The notes under the pieces: generated by a model
Database searches by the model: none
What the model was told of the DNA's origin: nothing
The model's input: only the letters and a program-made list of their open reading frames with translations
Shown: piece after piece, positions 1-9,106 of the stretch
Layout of the letters: every line of letters starts with the position of its first letter
Position numbering within the stretch: position 1 is the first letter of the stretch
Made by a program: the position numbers and the translations under genes
NCBI GenBank assembly: GCA_035479215.1
Contig: DATIIZ010000030.1
Coordinates: 1-46,213, forward strand
DNA length: 46,213 bases
Direction of reading: 5' to 3'
Origin: Candidatus Babeliales bacterium
GTDB taxonomy: Bacteria; Patescibacteriota; Saccharimonadia; Saccharimonadales; UBA10212

Positions 1-1
1 T

Positions 2-166
2 GATGAGCTAGTGATAATCAACTTTGAAGAACCCCAAACTGGAATCAGAATTAAGGATGCAGCCATTGCAGACTCATTTAAACAGCTGTGGAGCGCTTTT
101 GATGAAAACCTGCGGGCCAATCCCTCATACAAAAAACTCCCTCAAAAAGCCCGCCGGCAGGTCTAG
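2..166 (+). CDS. 3' end of a CDS entering from upstream of the window; possible paralog of the TrmB-like regulator at 27293..28060
   Basis: The frame is open from the window edge to TAG at 164-166. DELVIINFEEPQTGIRIKDAAIADSFKQLWSAF resembles by eye DKVSLISFGEEAIGTIIESPQIAQALRQVFEMA at the C-terminus of the 255-aa HTH protein. Confidence 0.4.
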   Translation, partial: DELVIINFEEPQTGIRIKDAAIADSFKQLWSAFDENLRANPSYKKLPQKARRQV

Positions 167-198
167 CCAATCTCTTAGAAACCGCAAAATCGTATAGT

Positions 199-783
199 TT
201 AGGATGTAAATCGTTGGATATCAAAAGATGGGTCTTTAGCTAGTGCCAGTTTTGAGAGTAGCTCAAATAGTCTAGATAATTGAATGTCCCTTTCTGTTAG
301 TAAGTCAATTGGGAATTTGCCGAGTTTTCTTTCCTCTAGGCTTTTACCAATAATCTCCATGGAAAGAGTAAAAAGACTTGTATTCATATTCTCCGCCTCA
401 TTAAAGAGCTCTAAGATATCGTCATCAACTTGATATACGGGTTCACTGTCGTAAATTGGAGCATCTGGGTTTATAGCTAGCTCTATTTTCCGCGCTTTTA
501 ATGCCTTGGCGGCCCATAGTTTATGGAATAAGTTATTTGTTTCGTGGGCCAGAATTATTTTACCGCCGTACTGTAGTTTTCTAGGAGGCTTCCCGCTGTT
601 ATAAAGTGGCTCTCCCGAATATGCATCATCCTTGAAAGATATCTCACTATAATTCCAACCTTTGCTTGGGTATACGGCTTCAATAATTGCTCTCGCAGAG
701 CGGTCTCTTTTTGCTCCAACTGTCCTTAACTCAGATTGAACAGATTCTCCTAAATGCGAAGGACCATTTTTTCTATCCATCAT
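199..783 (-). CDS. hypothetical protein (194 aa)
   Basis: Long ORF with native-like composition, last gene of the minus-strand dnaG-sigma cluster. No motif recognised. Confidence 0.55.
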   Translation of the reverse strand: MMDRKNGPSHLGESVQSELRTVGAKRDRSARAIIEAVYPSKGWNYSEISFKDDAYSGEPLYNSGKPPRKLQYGGKIILAHETNNLFHKLWAAKALKARKIELAINPDAPIYDSEPVYQVDDDILELFNEAENMNTSLFTLSMEIIGKSLEERKLGKFPIDLLTERDIQLSRLFELLSKLALAKDPSFDIQRFTS

Positions 784-823
784 AATATTCTACAATAAAT
801 TGCTAATTTTTACAAGGCTTAGT

Positions 824-1390
824 TCAGAGGTTTAGTGCTTTTTTGGCAGCTGTTTTGAAATCCTCGAAGTTATTATTATCGTTAGTTATGAAAATATCGG
901 CCATGGCCTTAACGGCAGCCATATTTAGTGTGGCTTCATCGCCACCGTGATGGTGCATTTCTTCGTATTCCTCTCTCTGGAACTGCTCGAAAGTCTTGTT
1001 ATCTTCGGCACTGCGCTGGCGTGAATATATTCTGTCGTAACGAAGCTTGGGATCGGCATCGACCCACACTAATTTGCCGCCTAAATCTTTTATGTGCTGG
1101 GCCTCGCCGGGATTACGCATTGGTATAGCCACCAGCCCGGTGTATTTGTTGCCTGATTGATTAAACAGCTCTACTGCTTTGTCTACCAAAACACCGACTC
1201 CGTAATCGCGGCGCCACTCGGCGCTAATATTGCGCAATACTTCCCTTTCGATGGGCAAGCCACGTTTTTGTGCCTCCTGGCGTAAAAACTCTGAGACCGA
1301 GACATCTAAGTAGCCATAATCATCGGCCAGAAACTTTCCCAGGCTATCCTTCCCCGACCCATTAGTACCGCTAATGCCAATAAGATTCAC
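824..1390 (-). CDS. P-loop nucleotide/nucleoside kinase-like protein (dephospho-CoA kinase / NMP kinase-like fold)
   Basis: N-terminal Walker A GISGTNGSGKDS. The GTG start overlaps the TGA stop of the upstream sigma gene (GTGA), which suggests translational coupling. Confidence 0.6.
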   Translation of the reverse strand: MNLIGISGTNGSGKDSLGKFLADDYGYLDVSVSEFLRQEAQKRGLPIEREVLRNISAEWRRDYGVGVLVDKAVELFNQSGNKYTGLVAIPMRNPGEAQHIKDLGGKLVWVDADPKLRYDRIYSRQRSAEDNKTFEQFQREEYEEMHHHGGDEATLNMAAVKAMADIFITNDNNNFEDFKTAAKKALNL

Positions 1391-2793
1391 CTGCTAACTG
1401 CCTTAAGACTTTCCATTAGGTCGTGGGCTTTTATTTTCGCTTGATTGCTCTTTTTTACACCTAACAACTTGTAAACTTCCTGGAGGGTAGTCTTTACCTG
1501 ATTATGCGGTAATCTGGTGTATGCAACAATCTCAGACACTGTGAACGCCCTTGATAGATAGGTTAATATCTCGTGTTGACGAGGGCTGAAGGTAACCTGA
1601 GCACCATCATTATTAATCGTCAGCTCGGGCAGTTCCCTGCGAGGCACGGTATCCAGGGTACCGCTAACGGCACATTTAACTTCTTCTGATTCAGATAATT
1701 TTTTTAAGGCTTCGGTTTCTATATTCAAGATTGTTTGTCTTGCTCGCCCAAACCTCTTGCACACTTGCGTTAGTGTTTCCGGCTCTTGCCCGGCTAATCC
1801 AAACCGCCTGATTATTACTTCTTTTTCACGGTCAGATAATCGGGGCATAGCTTTAATTAGGGCGTCATGTATGGTAGTTTTTACTGCCTGGTCGGCAATT
1901 TCGACTTCTTTTTGATCAGCCAATAACTGTCCGAGTTCAGCGCCATCATCACTATCGCCAATCTCTTTGTTTAATGAAGCTACGACCTTGGGGGCCCTCA
2001 TGGCCGCTTTATATTGGCCAGTCGTAAGATTTGCTTCTTCTCTGACCTCATCTGGCGTTGGCACCCTATCTAGTTCATTTCTAAGCTTTTTTTGAGCTTC
2101 TTCTATCTTTCGCTGACAATCGACGACTTCAAGCGGCAGCCGGATCAGGCGGCCGGTATTTACATTGCCCCTCTGGCAAGCTTGGCGGATCCACCAAGTG
2201 GCATAGGTGCTAAATTTGAACCCCTTTCGCCAGTCAAATTTTTCTACCGCCCTTATTAATCCAATCGTACCGTCTTGGATCAGGTCAGGGAAATCTGTTC
2301 TATAAACCATGTGGTTACTGGCGATAGAAATCACTAATCGGAGATTTGAAACTATCATATCGTCTTTAGCAGAACTATCACCTCTTTCAATCCGTTTAGC
2401 TAACATAACTACTTCTGCAGCCGAAAGCAGCTTGGCCTTACCAGCTCCTTCCTTGATATGGTCTAGAACGTCACCATATAACGGGTCTTGAGTGCCTATT
2501 GCCTGTGCTTCTAAAGTTCTAATTTCTTCATCTTCTAAATCAGTTGAATCCGGATCTTCGATCTTATCTAACAAATCTTCTACAGTGGAATAAATATTGC
2601 CATCCGTCGCTGCCTCCATGGGGTCTAGTGGTGTTGTGTCGGCTACATCACGCATTCCAAAGGGAATTACATTAGTTAAGCCCTCAATAGCCAATCCGGC
2701 CTCAGGTTCCCAGGCCGAATCTGGATAGAGGTCAAACTCTTCATCAGCCGGATCTTCACCTTCATCCGACCAGTATGCTAATGCCTCAGTCAT
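1387..2793 (-). CDS. sigma-70 family factor with an extra C-terminal LuxR/GerE-type HTH domain
   Basis: Region 2 is NLRLVISIA...[36 protein letters not shown] and region 4 is LSDREKEVIIRRFGL...ILNIETEALKKL. A linker of about 36 aa follows. The final 66 aa, SPRQHEILTYLSRAFTVSEIVAYTRLPHNQVKTTLQEVYKLLGV, fit the LuxR C-terminal HTH pattern. Confidence 0.85.
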   Translation of the reverse strand: MTEALAYWSDEGEDPADEEFDLYPDSAWEPEAGLAIEGLTNVIPFGMRDVADTTPLDPMEAATDGNIYSTVEDLLDKIEDPDSTDLEDEEIRTLEAQAIGTQDPLYGDVLDHIKEGAGKAKLLSAAEVVMLAKRIERGDSSAKDDMIVSNLRLVISIASNHMVYRTDFPDLIQDGTIGLIRAVEKFDWRKGFKFSTYATWWIRQACQRGNVNTGRLIRLPLEVVDCQRKIEEAQKKLRNELDRVPTPDEVREEANLTTGQYKAAMRAPKVVASLNKEIGDSDDGAELGQLLADQKEVEIADQAVKTTIHDALIKAMPRLSDREKEVIIRRFGLAGQEPETLTQVCKRFGRARQTILNIETEALKKLSESEEVKCAVSGTLDTVPRRELPELTINNDGAQVTFSPRQHEILTYLSRAFTVSEIVAYTRLPHNQVKTTLQEVYKLLGVKKSNQAKIKAHDLMESLKAVSR

Positions 2794-2881
2794 TCACTAT
2801 GATTATAAAGTTTATCCATCAGGAAAAAAAAGTGGTTATTGCGCATCAGATTTGCCAGACACGGCGGGTGGCTTTTTATTT

Positions 2882-3985
2882 TCATATATTTAGCAAAACG
2901 TCCTCTAGCCCGTGTCCGGCACCGAGAGCTCTTAGTTTTTCTAATGATTCATTTTCAATCTGTCCAATGAGAGATCTGTCGACGCCAATGTTAGCGGCAA
3001 CCTCCTTCTGGGTCCTGGGTAGCTCACCGTCCAGACCATGTCTTTGAACCAGAATTTGTACCTCCCTATCGGGTAGTTTAGCAAGCAGTAACCCAAGCGC
3101 TTGACGCCTGATAATACGTCTGTCAATTTCATCAGTAGTTAATGTAAAAGGATCTTCTATAATTTCACCGAGCTCTGCTGCACCGTCTTTTTGCATATGC
3201 CCGTTTTTCATTGGTTTGTTTAGGGAGACTGGCTGATCATCAAAAGCCCCTACCGTGTCTAGATATTGCCTAAGTGTCAGCCCTGCCGCTGTAGCAACCT
3301 CTTTGTCAGTCGGTTCTCTGTCCAACTCTAGCTTCAAAGATCTGCGCTTAGCATTAATTAAACTGAGTCTTTCATACTGGTGTTTGGGAACGCGTATGGC
3401 TTTTGATTTATCTACAACGCTTATCCTAACTGCCTGACGGATCCACCAAGTCGCGTACGTGCTAAATTTCTTTCCACGGCGGTAGTCAAATCTATCTACA
3501 GCCGTAATAAGGCCAGTAACTCCCTCATGAATTAAATCTATAAGTTCTATCTCCCTACCCTGGTACTTTCTAGCGATAGAAATCACCAAACGTAAGTTAT
3601 GGTTAATCATCGTCTCTCTGGCCTGGTCTGCGGTGACCGAATCCCCTTCTTGTATAGCCCTACCAAGCCTGATTTCATCTGAGTGTTCCAATAAAGGAAA
3701 TCTATCCGCATACATCCTGAATTGGGTTAAGGGGTCTAAGTTTACCGTTTCGGGGGCCTCGACTGGCGGTTTTTTTGTTCCGGTAAGTTCAGGCGGATCG
3801 CTATCAACCTCAGATATCGGTTCGGCGAATACCTCTATGCCAACACCTGGCTCATCATAGTCAAAATCCTCAGTAGGATCGCCGTCAGCCCAGCCTGCAA
3901 TGAGTTCGAGGACTCTGGGGCCACTGACTTCAGCCAATACTTCACCCGCCCACGAGTCGTCAGATTGAGTGGCTAGTTCGCTCAT
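2882..3985 (-). CDS. sigma-70 family factor (second paralog, acidic N-terminus)
   Basis: [56 protein letters not shown], plus region 4 LPDREVQILVQRHGL...IGQIENESLEKLR. Confidence 0.85.
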   Translation of the reverse strand: MSELATQSDDSWAGEVLAEVSGPRVLELIAGWADGDPTEDFDYDEPGVGIEVFAEPISEVDSDPPELTGTKKPPVEAPETVNLDPLTQFRMYADRFPLLEHSDEIRLGRAIQEGDSVTADQARETMINHNLRLVISIARKYQGREIELIDLIHEGVTGLITAVDRFDYRRGKKFSTYATWWIRQAVRISVVDKSKAIRVPKHQYERLSLINAKRRSLKLELDREPTDKEVATAAGLTLRQYLDTVGAFDDQPVSLNKPMKNGHMQKDGAAELGEIIEDPFTLTTDEIDRRIIRRQALGLLLAKLPDREVQILVQRHGLDGELPRTQKEVAANIGVDRSLIGQIENESLEKLRALGAGHGLEDVLLNI

Positions 3986-3991
3986 ATTTGT

Positions 3992-5140
3992 CTACTGCAG
4001 ATATTCGTGCAGCCGGCGGGTGTCCTTATGTTTGCGGAGTTTAGCTAAGGCTTTGGCTTCTATCTGCCGGATACGCTCGCGGGTAACTGAAAACTCTTGT
4101 CCGACTTCTTCTAGAGTATGGCTTTTGCCGTCTTCTAGACCGAATCTTAGTTTAAGAATCTTCTGTTCGCGTTCGGTAAGTGTGCCTAGGATTTGTTTGA
4201 CCTGTTCTTTAAGTAATTGCTCTGAGGCTGATTCGGTAGGTGTTTTGGCATCTTCGTCTTCGATAAAGTCGCCCAGTACGCTGTCTTCTTCATCATCACG
4301 CACGGAGGCATCCAGGCTGGAAATGTCCTGTTTGATTTTCATGATATGCTCTACCTTATCGACGTCCATCTCCATGGCGGCGGCAATCTCTTCGTTGGTC
4401 GGTTCGCGGTTGAGCTCTTGGGTCAGGCGGCGTTGGGTACGGAGCAGTTTATTGATGGTTTCTACCATGTGAACCGGAATTCGGATGGTTCGGGCCTGGT
4501 CGGCAATCGCCCGTGTGATAGCCTGGCGAATCCACCAAGTGGCATAGGTGCTGAACTTGAAACCGCGGTCGGGGTCGAACTTTTCGACGGCTCGTAGCAG
4601 GCCGGTATTGCCTTCTTGAATAAGGTCCAGTAGGTCCAGTCCGCGCCCCACGTAGCGCTTGGCAATACTGACGACCAAACGCATATTGGCCTCGGCCATC
4701 TGGTCTTTGGCCCGCTTATCGCCGGACTTAACTTTTTTGGCCAATGCTAATTCTTCCTCGGCTGTTAACAGAGGGATTTTACCGATTTCACGCAGGTATA
4801 AACGCACGCTGTCGTCGGCGATATCGTCCAGGTAAGCAGTATCGGCCGGTAGAGTTTCTTCTGCCTCCTCTTCAGCTGCCCAAGCATCGCTGACCTGGGC
4901 AGCTACTGGCTCGGGGGCTGGTATAAGATCGATGTCTTCTTCGGTCATCTCGGCATAGAGCAAATCCAAAACATCCATGTTACCGGGTAAATCAGGTATA
5001 AGTTCAAAAATATCTGGCTGTTCGAGCTTGCCTTCTTTGCGGCCACGCTCTAAAAGTTGCTGGATTTCTTTTTCATAAGACTTGGCTGTGGCGCGTTTGA
5101 CGGCTGTAACACCATCGTCATTCTTCTTTCTTCTAGGCAT
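3992..5140 (-). CDS. rpoD: primary RNA polymerase sigma factor RpoD
   Basis: Near-canonical region 2-3: [81 protein letters not shown]. Region 4.2 is [18 protein letters not shown]. It sits directly downstream of dnaG. Confidence 0.92.
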   Translation of the reverse strand: MPRRKKNDDGVTAVKRATAKSYEKEIQQLLERGRKEGKLEQPDIFELIPDLPGNMDVLDLLYAEMTEEDIDLIPAPEPVAAQVSDAWAAEEEAEETLPADTAYLDDIADDSVRLYLREIGKIPLLTAEEELALAKKVKSGDKRAKDQMAEANMRLVVSIAKRYVGRGLDLLDLIQEGNTGLLRAVEKFDPDRGFKFSTYATWWIRQAITRAIADQARTIRIPVHMVETINKLLRTQRRLTQELNREPTNEEIAAAMEMDVDKVEHIMKIKQDISSLDASVRDDEEDSVLGDFIEDEDAKTPTESASEQLLKEQVKQILGTLTEREQKILKLRFGLEDGKSHTLEEVGQEFSVTRERIRQIEAKALAKLRKHKDTRRLHEYLQ

Positions 5141-5192
5141 AGGCTATAAATTCTCCCCGACCATTAAATTAATAATCAACCCGTTCACCAAA

Positions 5193-6935
5193 CTACTTAA
5201 TCAATAAGTTAAGTTTATCGACCTTAGTTATCAGCTGCTGCATTTCATCTTCATCTTTGGCCTGGTGCATCGCATCGACCAAATCGTGTTTCTGTATTTT
5301 GACGTACCTGTCTATCAGACGGTGTTTGAGTTGGTTTGCCTGGTCTTCTAGATCAGAAAACGGCAAATCCTGATATATTTCCTCAAACTGTAACATTACA
5401 ATTTTAACATAATCACCGTCCTGCTGCAATTGTGCGGCTATCTTAGGGTCACCCTTGAAGTCCGGATTTTCCTTGATAAATTCAAATAGCCGGCGCCGGG
5501 GGCCGTCGGTGAAGAACTCTGCCTTACAGCTTTTGACCAAATCTCTTAACTTAGGCTGCATCAGCAGCATTGCTAGGAGATGGTCCTGGAGCCGTTGGTA
5601 TTCCACCTGGGCCTTATCTACCGGGCTATTAGTTAGCTTAGGTCTTTTTAGAACAGTCTGTAGCGTAGGGGCATTACTGAACTTAGATTGAACCGCCCCA
5701 AAACTGGTTTCGGTCAGCTTAGCGATTTGTTTCAGGTAATGTTCTTGTTCTATCGGGTCGCGCAGCCGCCGGATTGTGCTTAAAAGCGCATCGGTGAAAG
5801 CTTTTTTGCCGGCTGCAGTTTTTAGATCCACCTCATTCTTGTAGCGTTCAATTAGCCAGTCAGGCGCGGATTCAGCCTGTTGGATTGCCTGGCTCCAAAA
5901 ATGGACATCTTTCCTGATGAGCTCATCGGGATCTTTGGCATCGTTAATCGTGATAATTTTGAGTGAGACTTCGGCTTTTTGGGCCAGGGGTATCACGCGT
6001 TCGGTAGCGGCAATGCCGGCGCTGTCGGCATCGAAGCTTAGTCTTATATCACTAGTAAATCTTTTTAGGGCTTTTAGATGCTGTTCGGTCATGGCCGTGC
6101 CGGCACTGGCAACCACGTTGGCGATTCCGGCCTGGTGGCTGGCTATGACATCCATATTGCCTTCTACCACCACCACAAAACCTTCCTTACGGATTGTCTC
6201 TTTGGCTAAGTGCAGGCCAAAGACCTGGCGGCTCTTATCATAGTTAATTGTCTGTGGCGTATTGATGTACTTAGGTGCGTCCGGCTCATCTGCCAGCAAG
6301 CGGGCGGTAAAACCGACTATTTGGCCGGATTGGTCTGTCAGCGGAATCATAATGCGCCCCCGAAACATGTCCGATGAATGCCGGGCTCGCTGGATTGAAA
6401 CACCGGCGCGTTTCATCTCATCTGTGGTAAACCCCTGTTTTGTTAGGAAATTTGTCAGCGCAAAGCCGGTGTTCGGCGCATACCCGAGCCGCCAGGCAAG
6501 CAGTGTTTCCCTGCTGAAACCTCGGTCTTTAACTAAATACTCCAGGGCGGTTTTGTTTACCGTCAGTTGTCTTTGGTAAAATTTGGTACTAAGTTCCAGC
6601 ACCTCCAGAGCCCGATTTTTCAACTCGGCACTGACTCCGGGCTTGGATGATTTAAACTGGTCAAGGTCCACTCCGGCTTTACGGGCCAAAAGCTCAAGTG
6701 TCCCCTTAAAATCCAGGCCTTCCATCTCCATGACAAAGCTGAACATATCGCCGCCCTTGCCGGATGAAAAATCGTGCCAGATCTGCTTTTCGGGGCTGAC
6801 TATAAAGCTGGCAGTTTTTTCATTAGTCCAGGGGCTTAAGCCTTTGAAATTTCGCCCAGTGCGCTTAAGTTGGACGTATTCGCTGATAACATCCTCAATA
6901 TTAAGCCGGCTTTTTACCTCACTCACCGCATCCAT
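5193..6935 (-). CDS. dnaG: DNA primase DnaG
   Basis: Primase N-terminal motif NEKTASF, Toprim motifs VVVVEGNMDVIA and SFDADSAG. I prefer the ATG at 6935 (MDAVSEV) over the GTG at 6956 in the ORF track, because the extra codons fall inside an element repeated upstream of murE. Confidence 0.9.
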   Translation of the reverse strand: MDAVSEVKSRLNIEDVISEYVQLKRTGRNFKGLSPWTNEKTASFIVSPEKQIWHDFSSGKGGDMFSFVMEMEGLDFKGTLELLARKAGVDLDQFKSSKPGVSAELKNRALEVLELSTKFYQRQLTVNKTALEYLVKDRGFSRETLLAWRLGYAPNTGFALTNFLTKQGFTTDEMKRAGVSIQRARHSSDMFRGRIMIPLTDQSGQIVGFTARLLADEPDAPKYINTPQTINYDKSRQVFGLHLAKETIRKEGFVVVVEGNMDVIASHQAGIANVVASAGTAMTEQHLKALKRFTSDIRLSFDADSAGIAATERVIPLAQKAEVSLKIITINDAKDPDELIRKDVHFWSQAIQQAESAPDWLIERYKNEVDLKTAAGKKAFTDALLSTIRRLRDPIEQEHYLKQIAKLTETSFGAVQSKFSNAPTLQTVLKRPKLTNSPVDKAQVEYQRLQDHLLAMLLMQPKLRDLVKSCKAEFFTDGPRRRLFEFIKENPDFKGDPKIAAQLQQDGDYVKIVMLQFEEIYQDLPFSDLEDQANQLKHRLIDRYVKIQKHDLVDAMHQAKDEDEMQQLITKVDKLNLLIK

Positions 6936-6941
6936 AGCCAC

Positions 6942-6983
6942 AGTTTCGCACCGCACAGGGCCTGCTGTCCAGCATAGTCGGAC
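6942..6983 (-). promoter_or_regulatory. conserved ~40-nt 5'-leader element, copy 1 (upstream of dnaG)
   Basis: AGTTTCGCACCGCACAGGGCCTGCTGTCCAGCATAGTCGGAC is almost identical to 23304..23344 upstream of murE. On the minus strand it folds as CUGGACAG-loop-CUGUG(C/U)GG. Confidence 0.55.
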
Positions 6984-6998
6984 GGACCTGTCTATGTT

Positions 6999-7007
6999 TG
7001 CTAAGAT
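6999..7007 (+). promoter_or_regulatory. extended -10 promoter (TGcTAAGAT) 6 nt from the ATG at 7014
   Basis: The TGnTAnnAT motif is seen directly. There is no room for a Shine-Dalgarno site, which implies a leaderless mRNA. Confidence 0.5.
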
Positions 7008-7013
7008 TAGGCA

Positions 7014-7616
7014 ATGAGTAAATATAGAGTTGCTCTTGTGGATGTGGATGGGGTCCTATTGTTAGTCCCGAAGTATTTTTCACATGTCTATGCTGAAGAA
7101 AAAGGCTTGGATAAAAACAGGTTTGATAAGTTCTTTGCAGCCTATAGAGATGATGTCGCGAAAGGTAAAACAGATTACCGGCAGCTAATTATTGAACACA
7201 ATGATGTCTGGGAATGGGACAAAGGCCCTGACGAACTTTTGGATAAATGGTTCAAGTATGAGAACTTTCCCAACAACAAGCTTATTAAGATCTTCCAACA
7301 AGCTCGCAAAACTGGACTAAAGGTTTATTTAGCGAGTGACCAAGACAAATACCGAGCTAAATACCTGAAAGAAAATATGTTTAACGATTTGATTGACGGC
7401 GCATTCATTTCTTCGGAGCTCAAACACAATAAGATTGAGCCTGAATTCTTCAAATTAGCACTGGCAAAATTACGCCTTACCAATAAGGATTTAAAACCTT
7501 CCGAAGTAATCTATCTTGACGATTCCCAGCACAATATCGATAGCGCCAAACAGTCGGGAATAGCCGCCTTTATATATAAATCTCCCGAGCAAGTTAAGAG
7601 TTATTTGGAAATTTAG
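7014..7616 (+). CDS. HAD-superfamily hydrolase
   Basis: Motif I VALVDVDGVLL (DxDG) and a C-terminal YLDDSQHNI aspartate motif. Confidence 0.75.
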   Translation: MSKYRVALVDVDGVLLLVPKYFSHVYAEEKGLDKNRFDKFFAAYRDDVAKGKTDYRQLIIEHNDVWEWDKGPDELLDKWFKYENFPNNKLIKIFQQARKTGLKVYLASDQDKYRAKYLKENMFNDLIDGAFISSELKHNKIEPEFFKLALAKLRLTNKDLKPSEVIYLDDSQHNIDSAKQSGIAAFIYKSPEQVKSYLEI

Positions 7617-7627
7617 AATATCCCTTC

Positions 7628-7636
7628 TGCTATGAT
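7628..7636 (+). promoter_or_regulatory. extended -10 promoter (TGcTATGAT) 6 nt from the ATG at 7643
   Basis: Motif seen directly; no Shine-Dalgarno site. Confidence 0.5.
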
Positions 7637-7642
7637 TTAGCC

Positions 7643-8113
7643 ATGCCGCACATCCATGAACAATACGATTTTGCCGTAAATACTTTTATAGTTTTTGAAA
7701 AAAAGATTTTATTAGTTAACCATCCCAGATATGGATTTTGGCTGGCTCCTGGGGGACATATCGAGCTTAATGAAGATCCTGACCAAGCTTTGTTTAGAGA
7801 AATCAAGGAAGAAACAGGCTTTACGAGTGAAGACATTGAAGTTTTGAGTCGGAAACCAAACCAGGTCTCTAAATCCCAAAAATTTCTGTATACACCTGAT
7901 TATGTTAATGTTCACGATGCTAACGCCCCCCATAAACACATCACACTAATGTACTTCATCAGGGCTAAGCATGATAAACACGTGAAGTCAGACGAGCATA
8001 CTGAAGCAAGATGGTTCTCGGTAAACGATTTAGATGATTCCGTATACAACATTCTTCCTGACGTTAAGTTTGCCGCTAAAGAGGCTATTAAAGCTGCTAA
8101 TGAGAAAATATAA
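7643..8113 (+). CDS. NUDIX hydrolase
   Basis: Nudix box GGHIELNEDPDQALFREIKEETG. Confidence 0.85.
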   Translation: MPHIHEQYDFAVNTFIVFEKKILLVNHPRYGFWLAPGGHIELNEDPDQALFREIKEETGFTSEDIEVLSRKPNQVSKSQKFLYTPDYVNVHDANAPHKHITLMYFIRAKHDKHVKSDEHTEARWFSVNDLDDSVYNILPDVKFAAKEAIKAANEKI

Positions 8114-8167
8114 AGCCATAATCTTAGATTTACTCGTTACTTAAGATAGTGCTTCCCTGCTATCATA

Positions 8168-8773
8168 ATGCTTATGCAGCCGCAGAGCCCGAACCCCGAT
8201 TTTGATTTCATGCTCAAAAACCAGCAGCCAGCAAAAAAGGGCATGCCATTACCTAACCTGCCTAAGCCGATTAAGATTATCTTGGCGGCTGTTTTTGGAA
8301 TTTTTATTCTTATCGTTATTCTTTCGGTGGTTTCCGGACGAAATAGCAGTGGCTCACAACCTCTTGTCGATGTATTAGGGCGAGGGCAGGAAACTTTGAG
8401 AATTACCCAGCTGACCCAACAGCAATTGCCGCTGAGTGATCCTCAGACCCAAGCATTGGCCGCAACAGCCTACACCTCGCTTTCAAGCGAGCAGGCCCAA
8501 CTTATCAGCTACATGAAAAAGAATCATTATAAATACTCCAAAGCCCAGCTGGCTGCATTCACTGATAAAACTACTGATACCACTCTGCAGACTGCTGCCC
8601 AGAATAATAATCTTGACGCTGCCTACGTCAGTTTTCTGAAAGATGCTCTGACTAAGTACAAGAATGATATCCAAACTGCTTATCAGAACTACGGGCCGAA
8701 TGGCAGGCTTATCCTACATGACGCTTTTGATAGCACCAGCACCCTTTTAGCCTCCCAACAGCTCAAATCTTAG
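8168..8773 (+). CDS. membrane-anchored hypothetical protein
   Basis: One N-terminal TM segment (IKIILAAVFGIFILIVILSVV). The TGcTATCAT -10 at 8158-8166 suggests the real, leaderless start is the third-codon ATG at 8174. Confidence 0.6.
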   Translation: MLMQPQSPNPDFDFMLKNQQPAKKGMPLPNLPKPIKIILAAVFGIFILIVILSVVSGRNSSGSQPLVDVLGRGQETLRITQLTQQQLPLSDPQTQALAATAYTSLSSEQAQLISYMKKNHYKYSKAQLAAFTDKTTDTTLQTAAQNNNLDAAYVSFLKDALTKYKNDIQTAYQNYGPNGRLILHDAFDSTSTLLASQQLKS

Positions 8774-9083
8774 CCACCAAGTCGTAGCTTAGGCGGATCA
8801 AATCCTTGATCTCTCCCCAGTTCAGCTGGCCAGTCAGGACAATCGTGTTCCAGTGCTTTTTGTTCAGATGGTAGCCAGGCATCACTGTCTCGTACTTCTG
8901 GCGAAGAGTTTCGGCTAATAGCGGGTCACACTTTAAACTGATTCTTACCGGCTCCGATTTTTCGGCAACCAGAGCGAACATCTTATCGTTTACCTTATAA
9001 ACTGCCGTATTTTCGCCAAACGGATAATCTAACTTAGCGTTTGGCATGCTTAACAGATATTCTTCAACCTCTTTGTGGGTCAT
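8763..9083 (-). CDS. MmcQ/YjbR-family protein
   Basis: The pattern YPFGENTAVYKVNDKMFALV...PGYHLNKKHWNTIVL is typical of the YjbR/MmcQ fold. Confidence 0.7.
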   Translation of the reverse strand: MTHKEVEEYLLSMPNAKLDYPFGENTAVYKVNDKMFALVAEKSEPVRISLKCDPLLAETLRQKYETVMPGYHLNKKHWNTIVLTGQLNWGEIKDLIRLSYDLVAKI

Positions 9084-9106
9084 CGAATTGATTGTAGCAA
9101 ATGTTC

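Noticed and set aside
3969-4472. 167-aa + strand ORF. Similar shadow ORFs are at 5917-6243, 6262-6579 and 6583-7017.
   Set aside because: These are antisense to rpoD and dnaG, give Ser/Leu/Arg-rich nonsense-like translations and have no SD or promoter.
6936-6956. N-terminal extension of DnaG (MRCETVA) from the GTG at 6956
   Set aside because: These codons lie inside the non-coding element duplicated upstream of murE. The ATG at 6935 begins the conserved primase N-terminus.
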